A DNA stretch of 64,000 nt from contig NC_058375.1 in NCBI RefSeq assembly GCF_018350175.1, positions 34,472,001 to 34,536,000 on the forward strand. The letters are read 5' to 3'. Source of the stretch: Felis catus (Eukaryota). Positions 52,401 through 64,000 of this stretch are shown here, piece by piece (position 1 is the stretch's first letter; the number at the start of each line of letters is the position of its first letter). A program made the translations under genes and the position numbers. The notes beneath the pieces were generated by a model, which saw only the letters and a program-made list of their open reading frames with translations, ran no database searches and was not told the origin of the DNA.

Positions 52401-53488
52401 ACACATCTGAGCCCATCCACCTCTCCCTCCACCGCCTCTGTCATTTTGTCTGGACTACTGCAGTGGCCTCTCACCAGCTTCCCTGTTTCCCCTTGCCCTT
52501 CTGCAGTTCACATCCTCTGCCCCCCCCCCAACTCCACCCCACCAGTGGGCTAAAAATCCCTGTCTTCTCACTCACAGAATAAAAAACTGCTTCCTCTGAC
52601 TTACATAGCCCCGCCTCTACATGCTCTAGCCTCCATGCTATTCCTAAGCCCTTGGCCCATTAAGCTCTAACCCCTTGCTGTGCAAATTCTCATTCCCAGT
52701 TTAGGGTCAGGATATGCTTACCTCTGCCGGAATGCTCTTCCCCTGCTGTCAGTGTGGTGTCACATGTTCACCCCTTCCAAGGCAGCCATCTTGGTCTCCC
52801 TCTCCTGTTTCCCTTAGCACCCGGATGTGTTCCTTGTCTGTTACCTGTCTTCCCTAGTGGAATAGACTTGCCATGAGAGGAAGAACCTTACTGTCCTGTT
52901 CATGGCTGTGTCTCTGGTACTTAGAGCAGAGCCTGGCACTTGGGGACTGCTCAGTAAGTACGTGGTGAGGGACAGGGAAGATAGCACAGAGAAGAGGGGT
53001 TTGGGGAGTGAAGATGATGACCCGACACAAGACACATCACATTTGAGGTGCCTGTGGGTTACCCATGTCTGGGTCTAAGGCTTGGAAGAAAAGTCTGAGA
53101 TGAGAGAGATTTGTGAGGGTGTCACGGTTCTGGATTCAAGGGTTTAAGATCTCTGTTCTGAAGGCAGATGCCAGAGCAAAAGGGCTCCAAGCAGATGACG
53201 GGCAGAGGGGGTGGTGAGAGAACGGAGTCATCCCTGGAAGAAGCCAGGGTGGTTTGAGCCTTAGCCCAGAAATCTCATACTGGGTTTACTGGGTTTACTG
53301 GGTAACCCTGATCTAGACCNNNNNNNNNNNNNNNNNNNNNNNNNNNNNNNNNNNNNNNNNNNNNNNNNNNNNNNNNNNNNNNNNNNNNNNNNNNNNNNNN
53401 NNNNNNNNNNNNNNNNNNNNNNNNNNNNNNNNNNNNNNNNNNNNNNNNNNNNNNNNNNNNNNNNNNNNNNNNNNNCCCTCGGGGCTGA
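46477..53488 (+). CDS. B4GALT2: Beta-1,4-galactosyltransferase 2 (ATG hidden in N-run, position inferred)
   Basis: Exons 46425-46780 (N 46451-46630; ...ALHPAASSSTNFSRPNATA), 46991-47226 (VAVIIPFRHREHHL), 50053-50243 (FNRAKLLNVG, FSDVDLVP DxD motif), 50414-50536 (WGWGGEDDD), 50648-50752; last exon mostly in N 53320-53475, ending PRG* at 53488. Confidence 0.95.
47900..48850 (-). mobile_element. L2 fragments in B4GALT2 intron 3
   Basis: ggggcaccactggaaggttctaaacagggagtgg, gaggatgtggactaagaagcgtccagtggatttagcaaca motifs. Confidence 0.6.
51420..53120. mobile_element. L2 fragments of both orientations in B4GALT2 intron 6
   Basis: ggggagtcacagaagggctttaagcaggg, ggactactgcagtggcctctcaccagcttccctg, cttagagcagagcctggcacttggggactgctcagtaa. 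Confidence 0.65.
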
Positions 53489-54202
53489 TACTAATGGACA
53501 AAGGCTCCCAGTGCCAAGGATTGCCTGCCAGAGGACTGACCTATATAGCCTGGCTGGTGGTTGCTCTCTGGGGGATCTCCCAGGACTGAGACTGTGAGCT
53601 CTGTTTCCGGAGGGTCTTCAATAGGCCCCCCCTGCAGCTGCACCTGGAAGTTTCAGAACCTACTCTGGGGGACTTCCAACCTGGGCAAGCCCCTCAAGTG
53701 TGGCCCTCTCTGGGGTCAACCCTTCTTCCTGCCCCTTCCTCCCCAGCCCAGCCCTCCCTCACCGTCAGGGTCGGGCCAGCCCCTGCACTGCCTCACCGAG
53801 TGGCCTGGGCTAGGTCACTCCACCTCTCTGTGCCTCAGTTTCTCCCCCCTTGAGTCCCTCTAGGGCCTGGAAGAGTGGGAGGTATGACTAGGGGGCAGTG
53901 TCGCTTCCAGGGGGAATTCTCAGACCTGAGGATCCCCCGTACTCCCAGGGGAGGGGAAACCTTTTTCATTCAACATTGTAGGGGCAAACTCTGGTGCGCC
54001 CCCTGCTGAGGAGCAGCCCCAGGAGGGGACCAGAGGGGGTGCTGTGTCGCTGCCCGGGATCTTGGGGTTGGGCTTTGCATGCGGGGCAGGCGGGGCTTAG
54101 ATCAGTCAGTCAGGTTCTTGCCTCCCTGTCTCGGAGAGAAGGCAGTAGCCCCAGGGCCGGCTCGTTGTTTGTACATTGCACAGAAACTTGTGTGGGTGCT
54201 TT

Positions 54203-54208
54203 AGTAAA
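54203..54208 (+). terminator. B4GALT2: Candidate B4GALT2 poly(A) signal AGTAAA
   Basis: Variant hexamer preceded by TGTA and followed by GT-rich sequence; no AATAAA seen before the CCDC24 promoter. Confidence 0.55.
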
Positions 54209-54539
54209 AAACGTGAATGGAGCAGCCCCTTTGTCTGCTTGGGGTTGGGGATCTAGGTCCCTCTGTGTGTTGTGGGAGGGCACCTGGCCCAATTCTTCTG
54301 TCTGGCCCGGGCTGTCCTGGTTCCCCAGGCCCCTCCAAGCGCAGTCGCTCGCGAGACTTCCGCCAACCCTAAGAGGAAAGGTTTACCCTGCCGCTGCCTC
54401 CGGGCTAGGGGAGGCAACGAAGTAATAATCCCAGGGGGAATCCCATTTCTGGGTTCTTCCCACCTGCCCCGAAGCCGAATGCTGCCCAGAGATGAGCCCA
54501 CAGCACTTGGCGTCAGAGCTCTGTGGATGGTCGGACTTC

Positions 54540-58013
<3,474 letters not shown>

Positions 58014-58344
58014 ACGACCGGTCACAAAGTAGGCTTCGGCTCCTGGTGGAACTCGCCCCATCCTCTGCTGCCACCTCTCAGCTGCCGTGGCCCAGCCCGC
58101 TTCAGATCTCGTCTTGGTTGGATGGGTCCTGGCCAGGACGCCAAGGCTGTCTGTCTATCTGGCCCTTGCCCCACCCCCTCGCCAAGTCCCTAGTGTCTGC
58201 TTCTGACGATCATAGCCTTTGGCCTTTCTTCTCCCAGCCCTCCACAAACTCTTGGCAGGCAGAGGTCTCATCCCAGCCCCAACTCTTGTCCCCCTGGGGG
58301 ACTCACACAAAGCACAGCAGCAGCTCAGAGACAGGAATAGAAAT

Positions 58345-58353
58345 TTCATTAAA
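58345..58353. terminator. Overlapping poly(A) signals: ATTAAA (+, CCDC24) and AATGAA (-, SLC6A9)
   Basis: ttcattaaa read on both strands between convergent stops. Confidence 0.55.
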
Positions 58354-59416
58354 ATCTATGGACTTTAAAATCCTAGTGGTGCACGGATGGGTAGGGGTGG
58401 GCGGTGCACCGTTATTGCTACAGAGGATTAGAGGCGGCTGTTCTGGGGCTGTCACTGCACAGAGGGGCACAGAGGATGGACAGACAGACACTGCAGGGGG
58501 AGGGAGCTCTGGCTCCAGAGAGGGGATGGGGCACGCAGGCTGGGGCCATTTGGCACATGAACAAGGGCAGCCCAGTTTGGGAAGCCTGGGCCTTCCTTTC
58601 GCCTGGTGAAGGGAGGGCAAGGGGGGGTTCATGTAAGGTCCCCTTCCCCAGGGCTCTGGGTCCAAACCTCCTGCTGAGCAGCACCCCACCCCTACCCCCC
58701 AGAAACTAGTGCTTTGGGCAGGCTGCTGGGTCATGGGCCTCTGCTGGCTGGGCCTGACAGCTAGGGCTGGAATGAGGTGTGGAGACCCCAGAGCAGCCAA
58801 GTGAGGTCCAGGCAGGCCTGGAAGACAGAGGGGGCCCAAGGCTGGGGGCATGGGAGTGGCAACCACGATAATACAATTTTTACAAAAATAATTACACAGA
58901 CAAACAGGGCTGGGTGGCACAGCCTGACGAGTAACACTGTATAGCCCCTTAGCCCGTCACCCTGCTCCCAGGTAGGAAGACCCAAATTTGCCTGGGCAGG
59001 GCTGGGGTCTGCTCTGAGGGCAGGAACACTGGTCAGGAGGCTGGAGGCCTAAGGAGGGGGACAGGTAGGGAGCCAACCTAGAACCTCAGCTTAGGGCAGA
59101 GTGTGGGGGCATCAGAGGCCATGTAAAGCCCAGCAGATCTCTGGGGACCTGGCCTGAGACCCCTCCAAAGTGCTTTGGGCCCCCCACCGACCCTCCCATC
59201 GCCCACACCCATCCCCAGCTGCCATCTTGGCATCCAAGGGACCTGTAAACACTGGGGACACGAGCACAAATGACCACGCTACCAGTGATGGCCAAGGTGA
59301 CAGCAGACACCCTGGCCAGGGCATGGCAGGGGCAGGCGGTGACACCTGTCCCCTGTCTCCCCAGTCTCTGTGGTGGGAGCATGGGCGGGGGTGGGGCACT
59401 CCCCGGGCAGCTGTGC

Positions 59417-63872
<4,456 letters not shown>

Positions 63873-64000
63873 TGCTCTGGGCCTTTTCAAGTAGGTTGAG
63901 GCTCTTGAGTCCTCACAGACCCCTGGGGCATCACTGTCCCCACCTTCTTCTGTGTTCTCCAGTGGCCGGATCCAGACTCAGCATTCCCAGGACCTCAAGG

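Overview
Mammalian genomic DNA from a cat-like (feliform) carnivore, judged from its CAN-SINE/SINEC_Fc-type repeats. It is the conserved gene cluster syntenic to human 1p34.1. In order: last coding exon of ST3GAL3 (+), ARTN (+), IPO13 (+, 20 exons), DPH2 (+), ATP6V0B (+), B4GALT2 (+), CCDC24 (+) and the last six coding exons of SLC6A9/GlyT1 (-), which converges on CCDC24. All visible exons have GT-AG boundaries with consistent phases, and no gene shows a disabling lesion. Gene identities rest on my recall of the human proteins, not on a database search. I found no convincing new multi-gene system. The best leads are: (1) all eleven N-runs sit on coding exons and are 132+8k nt long, so they look like computational masks rather than assembly gaps; (2) a (TG)16/(AC)12 inverted pair brackets in-frame IPO13 exon 11; (3) degenerate minisatellites begin at splice donors in IPO13 and B4GALT2; (4) a strong-Kozak in-frame upstream AUG would add 50 aa to DPH2; (5) the CCDC24 and SLC6A9 poly(A) signals overlap on opposite strands; (6) DPH2 and SLC6A9 have stop-free in-frame terminal introns.
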